Assembly (NCBI GenBank): GCA_036172245.1
Contig: JAYWIR010000043.1
Coordinates: 868,001 to 932,000 of the forward strand
Reading direction: 5' to 3'
Source: Raillietiella orientalis
Taxonomy: Eukaryota
Length of the DNA stretch: 64,000 nt
Position 1 is the first letter of the stretch. Each line of letters begins with the position of its first letter. The position numbers and the translations under genes are program-made. The notes under the pieces are model-generated. The model was not told where the DNA came from, searched no databases, and worked only from the letters and a program-made list of their open reading frames with translations. Below, piece by piece: positions 51,793 through 64,000 of the stretch.

Positions 51793-54700
51793 CTAGGTCT
51801 GGTCTTTGCGCTTCTCTCCCCCCACCCATGTCCTCCCTCGAGGCAGCTTTCGGCCGTCCAGACGCCTGGGAGGGAAGATAGAGTAGGAGCCCTCCCCTCT
51901 CCCCTGCACGCCGGAAAAAGCGCGAAGAGCCCGCCCTGCTGACCAGCTCTCCTTCATCTGCAGGCTGTCCTTCTCGTGAGCGTCCTCGTCGCCGTCGTCG
52001 CTTTTGTTCCACGGCTGTTCCACGCCGCTGCCTATTAACATGTACACGATGAACCCCACGGCGTACACTCCCGCCGAGGTGTAGAAGATGATCCTCCACT
52101 GCTCCACGGTTTGCTGGCGAGAGGGACATCGTCAGATGGGGGAAGGGGTAGTTGCGGGGAAGACCTCCCCCCCCATCCCTCTCGTTCCCCTTGGGCACTT
52201 ACGTTCCCGTGGGTGAGCGCTCCGACGAACACCGGGACCGTGAATCCAGGAACAGTCGCGACCGTGTTGGTCAGCGCCATCAGCGTCCCTAGGACGGAGA
52301 GGGTGAAGTCAGCACCCACCGCCGGAGGAAGAAGCCAGGGATGGCGAGCGAATCTGAGCGCCGCTGCACACCCCTCCCCACCTCCCTCATCACCTACCAG
52401 CGTAGTTGCTCCCTATGTCGATGTGGTTGGTCAGGTAACCGCTGTACATCCCAGCTATGCAAGTGACACCCACGGTGAGCAGCGCCACGGCGGTGGTGCG
52501 GTCGCACCCGGTGTAGGTCACGGCCACGAGACATACCGCCGGCACGATCATGGCTGGAACAGGAGGAGAGATGACGCCGCCCAGCACCGAACTGGCCGGG
52601 GTCGACGAGCGAGGGGGGGCGCGCCCTATTCTTTCGCTTTTTTCGCACGGTACTATCTTTTTCCCGTCCGCCGTTTCGAGGGAGTCCGGTCTCGGCGGAG
52701 GGAGACGGAAGACAGTGGGCAGAGGGGGAGGATTCGTCGGATGGACGACCGCGGTATTCGTGACCGCTGGATGGGGGGCGGTTGAGAGGCGTCCGGCTAT
52801 AGGGATGTGAGGGGGGGGGGAGTAATCGAAGTCACCGAGGAAAGAAACGCAGGCCGGCCGCCGCATGCCTGTCGGGCACCTCCCCATCTTGTTCCAGAGG
52901 AAGGAGGGAAGAAGGGAGGAGGATGGAGGGAGCAGCCACTCCTTCTGTCCGGTCGAGCAGGCGGCGGCCCGGAGACGGGCGATTCAAGAAAGGCGAGAGA
53001 GGGGACGACGACGTCATGCCCGCGGGTAGGCGGCGGCGCTTGGAGGGGCGGGGGAGGCCGTTATGGCCAATGCTGCTGCGCTGCTGACGGGTAGAGGGAA
53101 GGAAAAGCTGCAGGAAGAAAGGGGACAGCAGCCCAAAAGGGCAGGCACCGAGGTGAGTCCGACCCCATTGGGGCCACACCCCTATCCCAGAGGGGATGCG
53201 GCAAGTTGGGGGGTCCTCGGCAAGTCGCTAGAGGCTGCCCCGAACGCCCGTGAAAGTGCCGGATTATTTTCCGGCACTTTTCCCATGCGCGGCCCCTCCT
53301 CGGCAATGGGGGAGGGGGCACGCAAGGACGACCGAATATCGGAAACCGAAGCTTGGCGCCCTTCGTTCCCTTCTGCCGCCTCAAGGCGCATCCCCAGGAA
53401 GCCGCGCAGATGACTTCTGGTGATTTTCAGAGCAGTTGCTCGGAGAAAGGCTCGGAGCTGGGGAAAGGAAAGGTGAAGTGGAAAGGTGGCGTCAGGTTCC
53501 GCTGCCCCAGGTCGGGGGGGTCGGCGAAACATACCCCCGAGCCATTCCCGGATTCGGGGAAGGAGAAGTCTTCCGGGTGTCCGGGCGCTCCCTAGGAGCG
53601 CGCGGCGCCAGTTTCCGCGAGCTGCAGCCGCTGCTGCTGACCCCGTGCATCTCGCGCGGGTCGGTTGCGGAGTGCCCCGCGCGTCCCCGAAGAGAAGGAG
53701 CAGGAGAAGGCTCCATCGGACCTCTTCTCCTCTCTCCAGGGGGTCTATAGGACCGCGTGGAAGAGCGCGGCAGAGCCAGGGTTGTCTTCCTGGAGGGGCC
53801 GCGGGGTAGCTCGTTCGGGGGCCCGGCTACGTGCCCGCATCCTCATTGAGCTCGTGTTCATTCCCATCGCTTTGCGCGGCTGCTGCCGGGGTTGCATCTG
53901 CGCGCGGGTCGGGATCCTGCGAGCCCAGCACGTCCTCAGGCACCGCAGAGTCTTCGACGCTGCGGAGGTCAGCAGCTCCGTGAGAGATCAGAGATCGTGC
54001 AGAGACCTTCATCCCTCGTCCGTCTGCGGGGGGAGAGGGAGGAGGAGAGAGAGGGGAGAGTGACCCTACGAAGGCGAAAGAGAACTAGCTGCACCTGGCA
54101 GGCGTCCTCCTTCGAGGACTCCTCTCCGCCCACCTTTCGCCTCCTGGGTTGTTGTGACCATAAAAGTGGGATAACGGGTGGGCGGCTCCTGGTCCGCTTC
54201 CACCTGCGCAGGAGGAGGCGGAGGGTTCCCGACCGCCCGGATGGCGCGTACCGGAGAAGGTCAGATGGGAAGAGAGGACCTCCCGACCTTGCCCCTCGCC
54301 TCACCGCGGCCGTTCGGGAGCGGTCAAGAACGCGCACGCGCGCCTCACGACTCGCATCCCGCTCACTCCCCCCCCCCCAGCCTGGGGGTCTGCGGCGCTT
54401 GGGCGCAAAATGAGGGAAGGGCGGGGACGAGGCGGGTGGATCCGCGGCGTGCTCACAGATGGAAGTGGCGATCTTGCGGATGGACGTCACGCTCAGATAC
54501 TTCTTCTTCAGGGTCCAGGAGGCGAAGCTGCCGAGAAACATCCCGAAGATCCACATGCAGAAGTACGGCAACGCCGACAGGAGAGCGTTCTGGAAGAAGG
54601 TAGTCCCGCATTCCGCTGCTGCCCTTCGCCTCCCCGCATTCAGCGCTCACCGATTTGATGTTGAACTCCAGGATGTGCTTCATGAAGGTGGGCAGCTGGA

Positions 54701-57700
54701 CGAGGAGCATGTACCATCCCCAGTTTCCACAGGTGTGCGCGACCAGGATCGCCCAGAAGGCCGGAGAGCTGAGGATCCTGCGCCAGGGAACGGCCAGCTT
54801 CTGGAAACGCACCCGGGGTGACACGGCAGTCGTGGCGGGGGGAAGGAGGGGAGAGGGGTGAAACGGAGGCGAGCCGGCCGGGAGCGGCTAGGGAGAGACC
54901 TTGTGCTCCTTGCCGGCCTTGGAGTCGCGGTTGATGAGGTCCTGCTCCTCTCGGGTGATGAAGGGATGCTTCTCCGGGAAGTCGTACACCAACAGCAGCC
55001 ACAGGATGTACCACACGACACAGAGGCCTCCTTGCACGTAGAAGACGGACTCCCAGCCCAATTCGCTGGCCAACATTCCGGACAGGGGCAGCGAGATCAC
55101 GGTGCCCAGGGCCGTGCCTAGGATGCAAGAAGGAAAGGAAGGGAGGGGGAAAGGAATGTGAAGTCACACCCGGCCCTTTCCGCTCCCTCCCTTTACGTAC
55201 CAGCGTAAACGATGGACGAGAGGCGGGGCCGCTCCGCAGCAGGGGACCACTTGGACAGCAAGACGTGGGTGGCCGGGAAGGTCACGCCCTGAAACCCGGT
55301 CGAGGCAGCGAGTTGACACCCCCACGCGCACGCGGGCAAGAAGTCACCCGCCACTCCGGATGCCACTCACCCCTCCAAGCCCTTGCATCACCCGGATGAC
55401 GATGAAGAAGATGTAGCTGACCTTGGAGGTGACCGGCGTCAAGAGAGCTCCTAAGATGTTGAGTAGGGCGCCGATCCCGAACAAGTGCTTGGCGCTGTAA
55501 ATCTCGGACAGCCGCCCTCCGGGGTACTGCGTCACGATGTAACCCCAGAAGTAGGCCCCCAGTATCAACCCCTGAGTGGGTTCGTCCCAGGAGAAAGGGC
55601 CGTCCTGGGCAGGACAAAAAAAAAACTTGAACAGCGGGAGGCGAAGAGCAAGGGGGAGGGAAGGAGGGAGTAGGAGGAGAGCAGGAGTGGACCGGGAGAT
55701 TTGGAGGAACCTCCCAGAAGGAGCGCTCCCGAGCAAAGGAGATCCGATGCGTTCGACTCGCCCCCTCCCTCTTTCCGTCCTCCGCCCCGGTTTCCGGAGA
55801 GAGAGAGAGGGAGCTCCCTCGTCCAGGAACACGCAAAGGATCATCTGGTCGCGCGAGCTGCTGCTGGTCCTGCTCCACGCCGGCACGAAGATGCCGGGAA
55901 GAGCGTGCCTGGAAGGGGAGGGTGTGTGGGGAGCTGAGGGGGTCGCGCGAAACGCAGAGCGGGGAGGCTCGCGTCGGAGTGCGGCACCTGCCGTCCTCCG
56001 GGGGCGCCAAACGACTCCCTGCTGCCGCCCCGGACGACTCGACGAGTGCTGGCCTCGCACGACCTCCCATGGCGCCGGTCCGGTTTGCGCGCTCTCTCCC
56101 TCTTCCACGCCACGGCGGCCGCCTGGAGGAAAAGTCGCGCGCCTCCTTCTCCCCAGGTCCGCTCGTGAGAGGTCGGGCAGAGGTCGCCAGAGTAGCTCTC
56201 GGGGCGCAGGCACGACGCTTACCGCCATGTCCTCGTGGGAAGCGTCCGGCGGACCACACCTGTAGATCTTGGTGTGGTTCTTCTCGTTGGAGTGAAGCTC
56301 ATTAGCCGAGTTGTTGACCATCGTAACGATGGCCACGCTTAGGTTGACCTTCAGGCCGTAAATAATGGCCATCCCGATGGCGTTCAAGATGGTGAGGATG
56401 TAGCGGCACGGTATGATCCCTGGACACAAAGGAGAAAGCAGAGGTTTGAAGACAGTGAGTGGTGGCGGGAGGAGGCGTGGGCGCGTCTTCGACCACCACC
56501 TACGTCTTCCACCATGGGAAGCGAGAAGCGAAAGCCATCCTTTCCTGCCGGGGAGTGCAAAGCGAGGGCGCACCTACCTGCCATCCTGCGCATCTTCTCC
56601 GCGGGGCGCGTAGCTGGCCCTCGGCTACAGCGGCGGGCAGGAAGTCTCTCGGATCCCCTGGCTCCACTCAAGCAGCACGTGCCACCGCCAACATCCGGTA
56701 GCTTCAAGAGCCAACAATGCATGCAACCGTTGCGACGCAACCGTTCACGGGCTAACAATGCGTTCGGGAATGAGCCTGCGGTCAGCACGGGGCGTGCCAC
56801 CGTGCAGGACGTGCGCACCTGCCGGCTGAAGGTGCGCAGGAGCAGAGGCACCCGGGCACGCATTCGCCCCCAGGAGACATCGGGGCCGCCGCCGAGCAGC
56901 GCGGGAGCATCCCGGAGGGGCAGAGAGGGGAAGGAACGTGCCGCCGCCCTTCTCCGCCAGCTCCGGATGCGGCGAAACTGCGCGTCCCGCTTGGAGACCA
57001 GCGTCCGTCCAGAGGGCACGGGTGGACGGACGAGGGAGGGGGGGGACGGATCCCGTTGGACGTCTCTCGCGGCGGCCGGGCGGACCGGGTGGGGTCGCCC
57101 TCTCGTGGAGGGCGAGGTGGTCACTTTCAGGCATCGCCCCAGGAGCCGCTCCCTCCTGGCCGCATTCTCCTCCTCCGGCCCTTCCACCACCACGCCCTTC
57201 CTTTCGCGAAAAAGGCCGACGGCCCCCGCCGCTGCCGATGATCACCCGCCGACCCTTCGGAAGGTGTGCGGCCGCCTCCGGAATTCCAGGAAGTGGGCTC
57301 TCTCCGCCCGACCTCCGCCGGCGGCACCCGTTCGAGCGTTCCCACTCTTCCCATGCTGTTCGCTGACCCGTGCCTGCCATCGGATGTTTAGAGGATGAGA
57401 TCCTACCCCCACTGTCTCAGCAGGTCCTCCCACTCGGAGAGGGGTGACTCCCGGCACCCCGACCCTCGCGCGTCTTCATCGCACGGGTGCGGCGCGCACT
57501 TCCCTTGGCGCCACCTTGAGGAACTTCCCAGGGGAGAGAAGGAAAGCGCCAAACGCGAGCGTGAGGGCGGAGCGGAGTGACGATTCCCCTAAGAAGGTGC
57601 GCGCCGGCGGGGGCAAAAAGACCAACAAAAAAGAAAAGCGAAGGGGAGGGAGGGAGGGAGGGGGAATCGTCACGTCCCGTGGCGCTCCGTGACACGACTT

Positions 57701-58608
57701 GGCCTGTGAGGAGTTTTCCGCCGGTGGGCACATCGCCAGCGCAGTTCCTGCTGTCTTCCACTGACAACCGAAAGGCCTGGCACCTGTTCCCTCCACCCCT
57801 GTTCTCTCAGGAAAGCGTCTTTTCGGGTGGGGAGGAGGAGGAAGGGCGCGCGTGACCTTTGGAGTCGCGGGTCACGCGCCGAGCTGCGCTCTCTGCCCAC
57901 CTCAGGCGGAACGGACAGGTCGCGCGCACGCCTTCCGCGGAGGCCGGGAACGCAGCCAGTCTTCAAGTCGAGTCCCTCTCTGCCCCTGCTGGCCCCCTAG
58001 GCATTCCGGAACTGGGATGAGGGGGAGAGGCGCCCTCACTTTTTCCCGGAGCGCTCGGAATGCGAGAGTCGGCTCTGCGAAAGCCTCCGGCGACGGGATG
58101 GGGGTGGGCAGAGCGCCTGCGTCTCGCGTGCAGAACGCGACCACTCCCCGTCCTTCTTCCCCCCCCCCCCCCCCGGTTATTAATAGACTCTCTGGAGCAC
58201 GAGACGTGCGGCCCCCGAAGCGGGGAGCGGGTCCCGTAAAGGAGCTGCCGTCCTCCCTGCCTTCTCCCGACATCCGTCCCGTCCCGCAATCGCGTTTCCC
58301 CCGATGGCTCCGTGCGCTTCCCGTCGACTGAGGGAAAAGGGGGGAGGGGCGGGTCGCCCCGTTCGGCGGCACACGCGGCGTCCTCGTTCGATCGTCATTC
58401 AGACCTGGAGAGATGGAGGTGGGAGTGGCTGCGCCTTCCCTTCCCCCTGCTGGGCCCCTCACCTCCTTCCTTTTCTGAAGGGGAGGAACGAGACCGACCA
58501 GAAAGGGGAAAGAAAAAAAAAAAAAACCAAAGAGGGGAGAGGGTCGGCAGCAAAACAGTCCCCGTCCCCATCTCCCCGTGCAAAGAAGTCCTTACTTGTG
58601 AGGCCCAT
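51793..58608 (-). CDS. SLC17 family MFS anion / inorganic phosphate cotransporter (picot/sialin-like), 10 coding exons, ~531 aa
   Basis: Exons 58608-58596, 56419-56223, 55604-55371, 55288-55201, 55117-54900, 54800-54651, 54589-54457, 52553-52398, 52288-52203, 52113-51793 total 1596 nt in frame; all introns are GT-AG. SLC17 hallmarks: KVNLSVAIVTMVN, FSWDEPTQGLILGAYFWGYIVTQYPGG, RVMQGLGGGVTFPA, LSKWSPAAER, GWESVFYVQG, VPWRRILSSPAFWAI, NWGWYMLLVQLPTFM, NHIDIGSNYAGTLM, QWRIIF, SGVEQPWN. The extreme C-terminus after EKDSLQMKES is uncertain; a further splice is possible. Confidence 0.93.
56650..56950 (-). mobile_element. Decayed DIRS-type RT fragment inside an SLC17 intron
   Basis: LLLRTFSRQVRTSCTVARPVLTAGSFPNALLARERLRRNGCMHCWLL (~YLRF..G.VYQF.ALPFGL.TAP..FT..V..LR..GI...YLDD). 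Confidence 0.38.
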
Positions 58609-58964
58609 TTTCCTTCCGGTTCACCGGGAGCCGGGGATCCTTCCAGCTGAGAAGAAACGAGGAGGAAAGGACGGTCCCAGGGGAGAGGGAGGGAGGCAGG
58701 AAGAAGGCGGAAAGGAAGAGGATGGAGCAGCAGCAGCAGCAGCCTCTGCACGCCAGAGGGGTGGGTGGTGGGCTGGGGTGGGCAGTCACGCGCACATGGT
58801 GCGCTTCCCGACCGCGCCTGTCGTTCCCGGCGGCGGCAGCAGGAGCAAGCAGCTTCCCGTGGAACGGCAGCAGCCAGGCGGAGGCTCCTCCCGGTTTTCG
58901 CTCCGAAGGCACACAATCGATGGGGGAAGAAGCGCGGGCTGCACTGCCCGCCTCCTCGTGCGTT

Positions 58965-58995
<31 letters not shown>

Positions 58996-59148
58996 AGAAG
59001 GCCTGCGCGGCGGGCGGGCGGCGTGTGTGGCTCGGGGAAGCAGGGGAGGAGGGGGGAGGGAAGAGGGGAAGAGCTCACGGCACGGGACGCGCGGGACTGT
59101 GGCGAGGATGCGAGAGCGGAGGAGGAGGATCCCGGAGAGGACGCTCAC

Positions 59149-59208
59149 GTGCCCAACGCATGCTCTTCTCGGCCGAGGAGTGGCCGGCGGCGGACGGGCC
59201 CTTATATA
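59149..59208 (-). promoter_or_regulatory. Putative TATA core promoter and non-coding first exon of the SLC17 gene
   Basis: TATATAAG on the minus strand (59208-59201) sits in otherwise GC-rich sequence, with an Inr-like CCACTC ~27 nt downstream. A donor CAC|GTGAGC at 59148 pairs with an acceptor TTCTCAG| at 58647, 38 nt upstream of the ATG. Confidence 0.55.
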
Positions 59209-61999
59209 CTCCCTGCCGGGGAAGAGGGGAGAAGCGCAGCGGTTATTCCCGCAGCGTGCGCGCACCCCCTCCCCCCCCCCCCCCTCCGATCCTGGCCGCG
59301 GGGCGCCCCAGCCCGCCCCGCATCCAAATTCGCCAGGCGGGACGGGGGGGGGGGGGGGGGAAGGGATATTTTAATTTTAGAACGTCCTTCCCCCGCGCTC
59401 TCTGTCACGGAACTTCCGCCGCGATCCGAATGTCCCTTCGGCCCACAAATAGGGCCGGCTGCTGAGGCCCCTCCTGGCGACAAGGTGGGCGGCGACCTCG
59501 CGGTACTGATGATGATGAGGTAATTCGAGTCGGGTAGGCGTGAGCTCAACTCGGATGATTTTTTTCGTCTCGGAGGGATAACGGCGTCTTGCCTTACGCT
59601 AAGAGCACCGCTCTTAGCAGTGGGAAGCTATCTGTACTGTACATACGACAAGAGTGCGCTCGTGGGTATACGAGCAGGAAGGGAAATGCCATTCGGCGTC
59701 CGTGAAATGTCAGTAGCGCAGAAGGAGAAGCGTGTCGAAGGACGTAGTATTCTTGTGGAGGATGAGGTGGTTGAGCAGGAAGCAGGGAAGAGGCGCGTGG
59801 TTGATGGGGTGAGGTGCTGTTTGTTCTGCCGTGCGTGGCGCTGCCAACAGCAATGTTTCCGTTTCTTTCTTCGACCCTTATTGCGGTGGCTGCTCGATTA
59901 TGTCCGTGGCGTCCTCCCTGGGATCTTTCACGCGTGTCCCCATCTTCTTTTCCCCTTAGTTGGGGAGCGACCCGAGAGTCCGCCTCTGTCACGTTGTATT
60001 CTGAATTCCTGTGGTTGCTGCGTTGCTGTTGTCTGCACCTTGGCTTTTGGTTCTGCTCATTTTTTTTTTTTTTTTTTACTGCCCATTCCATTCCCTTGTC
60101 CTTCCTTTCTTTGTTTGCCCCCCGCCGCCCTGTCCCTGTTGGATCGCCCTTTGGGAGGGGGGGGGGGGAGCATCAGAAGCATTCCGGAAATAAGGAAGAA
60201 GAAGCTCCTCTCCGCCTTTGCACCGACGAGGGATTCGGGGTGGACTCGCATTTCTCTGCGAGGATTGGTGGGAGTCCCTGAACAACTTGCCACCGAGTGT
60301 GGCACGACGGGGAGGATTGCAATGCTGGTGCTTTATAAAGACGTTTGTTGCTGATGGTTGTGTTGCCGTTCTTCGTTACGCGATTGCAGGGACGCACAGG
60401 CATGACTGGTGGCTTGATGTTTGGGGTCGTGGGGGTAGTTTATGGTTGCGTACTGATTGATGAGGGGTGTTTTTCCCTTTTTTTTTTTTAATGTTTTGTG
60501 TACTTTGAGAACATGGAACGGTTCCCATGGTGACGACTGTGGTGTGATGGAGCTACCAAAGGGTGGTTTTCGAAGCCTCAGGGTTCCATGTCGTCGCGGT
60601 GCAAGACTGGGTCGGCGGAAGACCGCCGCCTCAGCGCCATCCGGACGTGGGCGCGGCAGCACCGCCGCGGCGTGGGAAGGGAGGGGGGGGGGGGAGGGGC
60701 TATTTATAGCACTGCTGGGGTCTTCGCGCAGCACGCCGCCCGGCCAAGCTTTCCGCGCTCGGGGGAGCGAACGAGACGAACTCCGCGGTTGCCGGCTCCC
60801 GTGCGATCTCATCCCCTCGGGAAGGAGACGGGAAGGGGAGCGGGACCCTTTCCCGGCTTCCCCCTGCGAAGGGGAAGGGTCCGCTCCCGCGAGATGCTAG
60901 GGAAGAGAGGCTCGTGATGTGACGGCCCCGGCCAGCCCCTCGGAGATCCGCGCGGACCGCTCCTGTGCACTTTGTTCCACCGGCTGGTCCCGTTGCCGTC
61001 AACGGCGCTCCCCCTCCTTTCCCTACCCGGAAGGAAAGACGAGCCGAGGAGGAAGAAGCCGTCAAGGCCCAACCCGGCCCCTGGCGTCCCCTCTTCCCCG
61101 TCCCGAAGCTCGTCCTTGCGACCTCCCCAGCACTCTCCCGCCTCCTCGTCCCGGAGCTCCCGCATGCGTCGCAGCCTTCGGGCTTTCCAGGACGTCCCTC
61201 CCCTCCCCCCCCCCCCCCCCCCCCCCCCCTCTGCTGCCGACCGGCAGGATCTCATGGGGAGGGAAGCTGACCCTTTTTTTTCGGACGCGCCCTCTCCTTC
61301 CCAGGGAGGTTGCCGCTGCCGACCCTACCGGTTCAAGCGGCGATACCAGGAAGAAGCGTGCGAGAGAGAAAATGGCGGATCGTCATCGCCTCCGGACCTC
61401 CTGGCCAACCCCTTCCTGCCTTTCGACGCGCCCTCGGGGAAGAACCGCTCCCTGCCACCTCATTCCCTGAGCCCATTCCGCCTCCGTCGCTTCCCTTCTC
61501 ATCCCCTGACAACAGCGACCCCGGGGCCGGCGCCCACTCCTTCGCTCGTAGAAGGACGAGCCGTCCGCGAGACGACGGCGCACCTCCTGGAGATGACCTT
61601 CGCACGTCTGCCGCCCTCCAAAGAGGGAAAGGACGGTTCACCTCCGTTATCTGATCCGATCTTCCCTTTCTCCCCCACCGACCTCCTCCCGGAAGGAACG
61701 CCGCATAGGGAGAGCTGCGGCTTCCAGCGCTTCCTGAACGGCGCCACCGTCTACGGAAAGAAGGGAGGAGGCGGCACGTTTCAGGCGGGCTCTCCGCGGC
61801 GCGGCGACAAGGAAGAGTGAGGAGAGGAGGTAGAGGGGGAGGAGGAGGGAAATCCCCGAAAACTCCCCTAGCCCGAGGCCTTCCCCCCGTTTCCAGGGAG
61901 GAGCTAGTGGAAGGCCCCGTCCGCTGCCTTCCCATCCGTCTCCCGGCCGCGAGGGTACCCACGTTCCCCTCAGCTCCTCAAGGAGTGCAGCAGAGAATC

Positions 62000-63350
62000 C
62001 CGCAGGAAGAGGCTCAGCCCCAGCCCCTTGCCTGCGTCTCTCTCTTCCCCTTTCTTCCCTTTTTCTTCCCCCTCAATGCCGATCTTTCTTCCCCGGGGGA
62101 CTCGACGAACTCCCAGCCTGGCAAGGGAACACCGGGGGAATTCGATCCCCTCCGCTATTGCCCCTCCCCCCCGGGAGGAAAGGGGCATTCCGATGGAGCT
62201 CGTCCAGGCGGTTCCTCTTGGACGCGGCGCTCGGCGGGACCTCTGTCCTGGATGGAGTCCCCTCCGAATCCCGGATTCCTCCCCCCTCCCCCCCACGCCT
62301 GTCGAGTTCCGGTCCGTCCTCCGCTCTTCCGGATGGCTCCCGGAGCCCGCGCGGACTGGAGATGATCGTGGCGGAAGAAGATCGCGTCTTCCCGCGCAGG
62401 TCGCCTGCATCCTCACCCCCATCTCTCCCCTATTCCCCCAGGAAACGCGACGCACGGAGCCGGGGTGCTCGCACCCCGGCGTGACGTGACGACCCTTTCG
62501 ACGGCGAGGACGGCATCCTGGAGGGCGGACTGAACTCCCGGCAGGGTCACCACCAGAGGATGTAGAGCCACCTCTCTCAGCGCGCGCGAGCGTCCCTGGC
62601 CAAGTTTTCGGAAAGAACCAGGAAGACGAAGCGCTTCCTGGAAGGGGAGAGAGGCGTGCGACTCCCTCCCCAGATGGGGGGGGAGAGGTCATTCGGTCCG
62701 CCGCGTCCTCTCTGGCGGAGAGAGTTGCCCCGTAGCGCCACCTCGTGGGAACGAAGGCAGCCGCGTCGGCAATCTCCCTGCTTCCTGGATCCGGACGCAG
62801 CGTGGTGCGGGAGGCGCCAGGGGAGGGCTGGCGCTTCGTCCCGCAGTGGAAGGGAAGCGCGAGCGCCGCGCTCGCCGTTGCCAGGAGATCCGGGAATTCC
62901 TCTAGCTCGCCGTCGTCGTCGGGCCCGTCCCGGAGTAGGGACGGGGAAACTCCTCCGTCTCAGGGGAACTTCGGGATGGGGGACGAGGAGATGCGGAACG
63001 CGGAGCGGCGAACTCCCTCCACCTCTCAGACGGAGCCTCCCAACGCCCTCCCGGGGAGGGTTGCTACGCCGCGGTGGAGGCCACGGTTGCTACAGTCTTC
63101 GCGTCGAAGAAGCGGGATGTTGAGGGATTCGATGCAGCGGCTCGCGACTATTTGCCGCTGCCCCCACCGCTCGTTCCCCACCATCGGACTGAGGACGCAT
63201 CTTCCCTGAACGGCCGCGAACGCATCTCGCGTGCTCCGCATTTCGAAGAGGATCCGATCCTTGAGGATCGGTTGGAGCATCTCGCAGATGTCTTCAGAGT
63301 CGTGAAGCGTTTTCCAATGTTGCGAGTCCCCAGTGCAGCGTCCCGCTCTC
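62000..63350 (-). mobile_element. Decayed DIRS-type RT-RNaseH fragment
   Basis: HWKTLHDSEDICEMLQPILKDRILF (~W..IDLKDAYFHIPI..R.YLRF) and ESLNIPLLRRED (~GIRL..YLDD). Downstream are RNaseH-like GEGVARLSPLPG, KGRHVTPGCEH and VRMQATCAGRRDL. Confidence 0.48.
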
Positions 63351-64000
63351 AAAGATTACCATCGAAACAAGTGCGGGGGAATCGGAATTGGAAAACTCCC
63401 GGGCAAACGAAACTCCAGTAAATTCAGTTTTTCGCCTTTTCCTTCCGGAACCCCGCTCCCCTGGCTCTTTACACCTTTGCGCACAAGGAGTCATTCCGAA
63501 GGGTCGCTTGGATTTTAGGGCAACGCGAACGTTCAGGTTACGAGCGTATCTTTTTGTGGTTGTTCCTGTTCCTTTCCTGTTCCCGTTAGTTTCACTACGT
63601 ATTAATAGATGGCAGGCTCCGCAGGAGTCGCTGCTTTGATTTTTTGATCATCGGACATTTCGACACCGCACTTTAGTCATCGTGAAAACAAGGAGAACGG
63701 CTAATCACAAATACTTTACCAATGGCCATGTCGGTCCTTCGAGTGCTCGAAAAGTGGACGGACGACATTACACGCATGCGTGCGCATTACGCGTGCATTG
63801 GTACGTACGACCGCATCCCGCGGTCTCACTTCCCAGCTCTGAATTTAACCGATGTAATCGGAGCACTGTGGAGCTCCCCACAAAGCATCTCCGGAAATTG
63901 TTCTTTGGAACAAACTGAAAAGCAAAACCAGCGGGAGCCGTCCAAGTTTTTTTTTTTTTGTTTTTTCAAAAAAAATCGTCCAGCTTCTCGCCTGAAAGGA

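Overview
Eukaryotic animal genomic DNA, most likely an arthropod/pancrustacean (inferred from gene content and intron style); not prokaryotic. The window is a compositional mosaic. GC/CpG-rich flanks (~1-28,000 and ~49,600-63,400) surround an AT-rich, CpG-poor core (~35,000-48,500). I reconstructed three spliced minus-strand genes by hand. (1) A complete DHX35-type DEAH-box helicase: 11 coding exons, 680 aa, all 10 introns 39-54 nt. (2) A SPIDR-like DNA-repair scaffold: the N-terminal ~410 aa are clear, the C-terminal half was not found. (3) An SLC17/picot-like anion-phosphate cotransporter: 10 coding exons, ~531 aa, with a TATA promoter and a 13-nt first coding segment. A probable 5' end of a fourth minus-strand gene (first coding segment MKSRAICQ) lies at ~9.7-10.6 kb. 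Most of the rest, including nearly all long GC-rich ORFs, is not host coding sequence. It appears to be a dense field of very decayed DIRS-type (tyrosine-recombinase) retrotransposon fossils, several still colinear as RT-RNaseH-methyltransferase-YR, plus a LINE 3' fragment, local inverted and direct duplications, and microsatellites. All homology calls come from motif recognition by eye, without database searches. I found no convincing wholly new system; the best leads are the DIRS fossil field, the apparently truncated SPIDR, the compartment-specific intron sizes and the homogenised inverted repeat.
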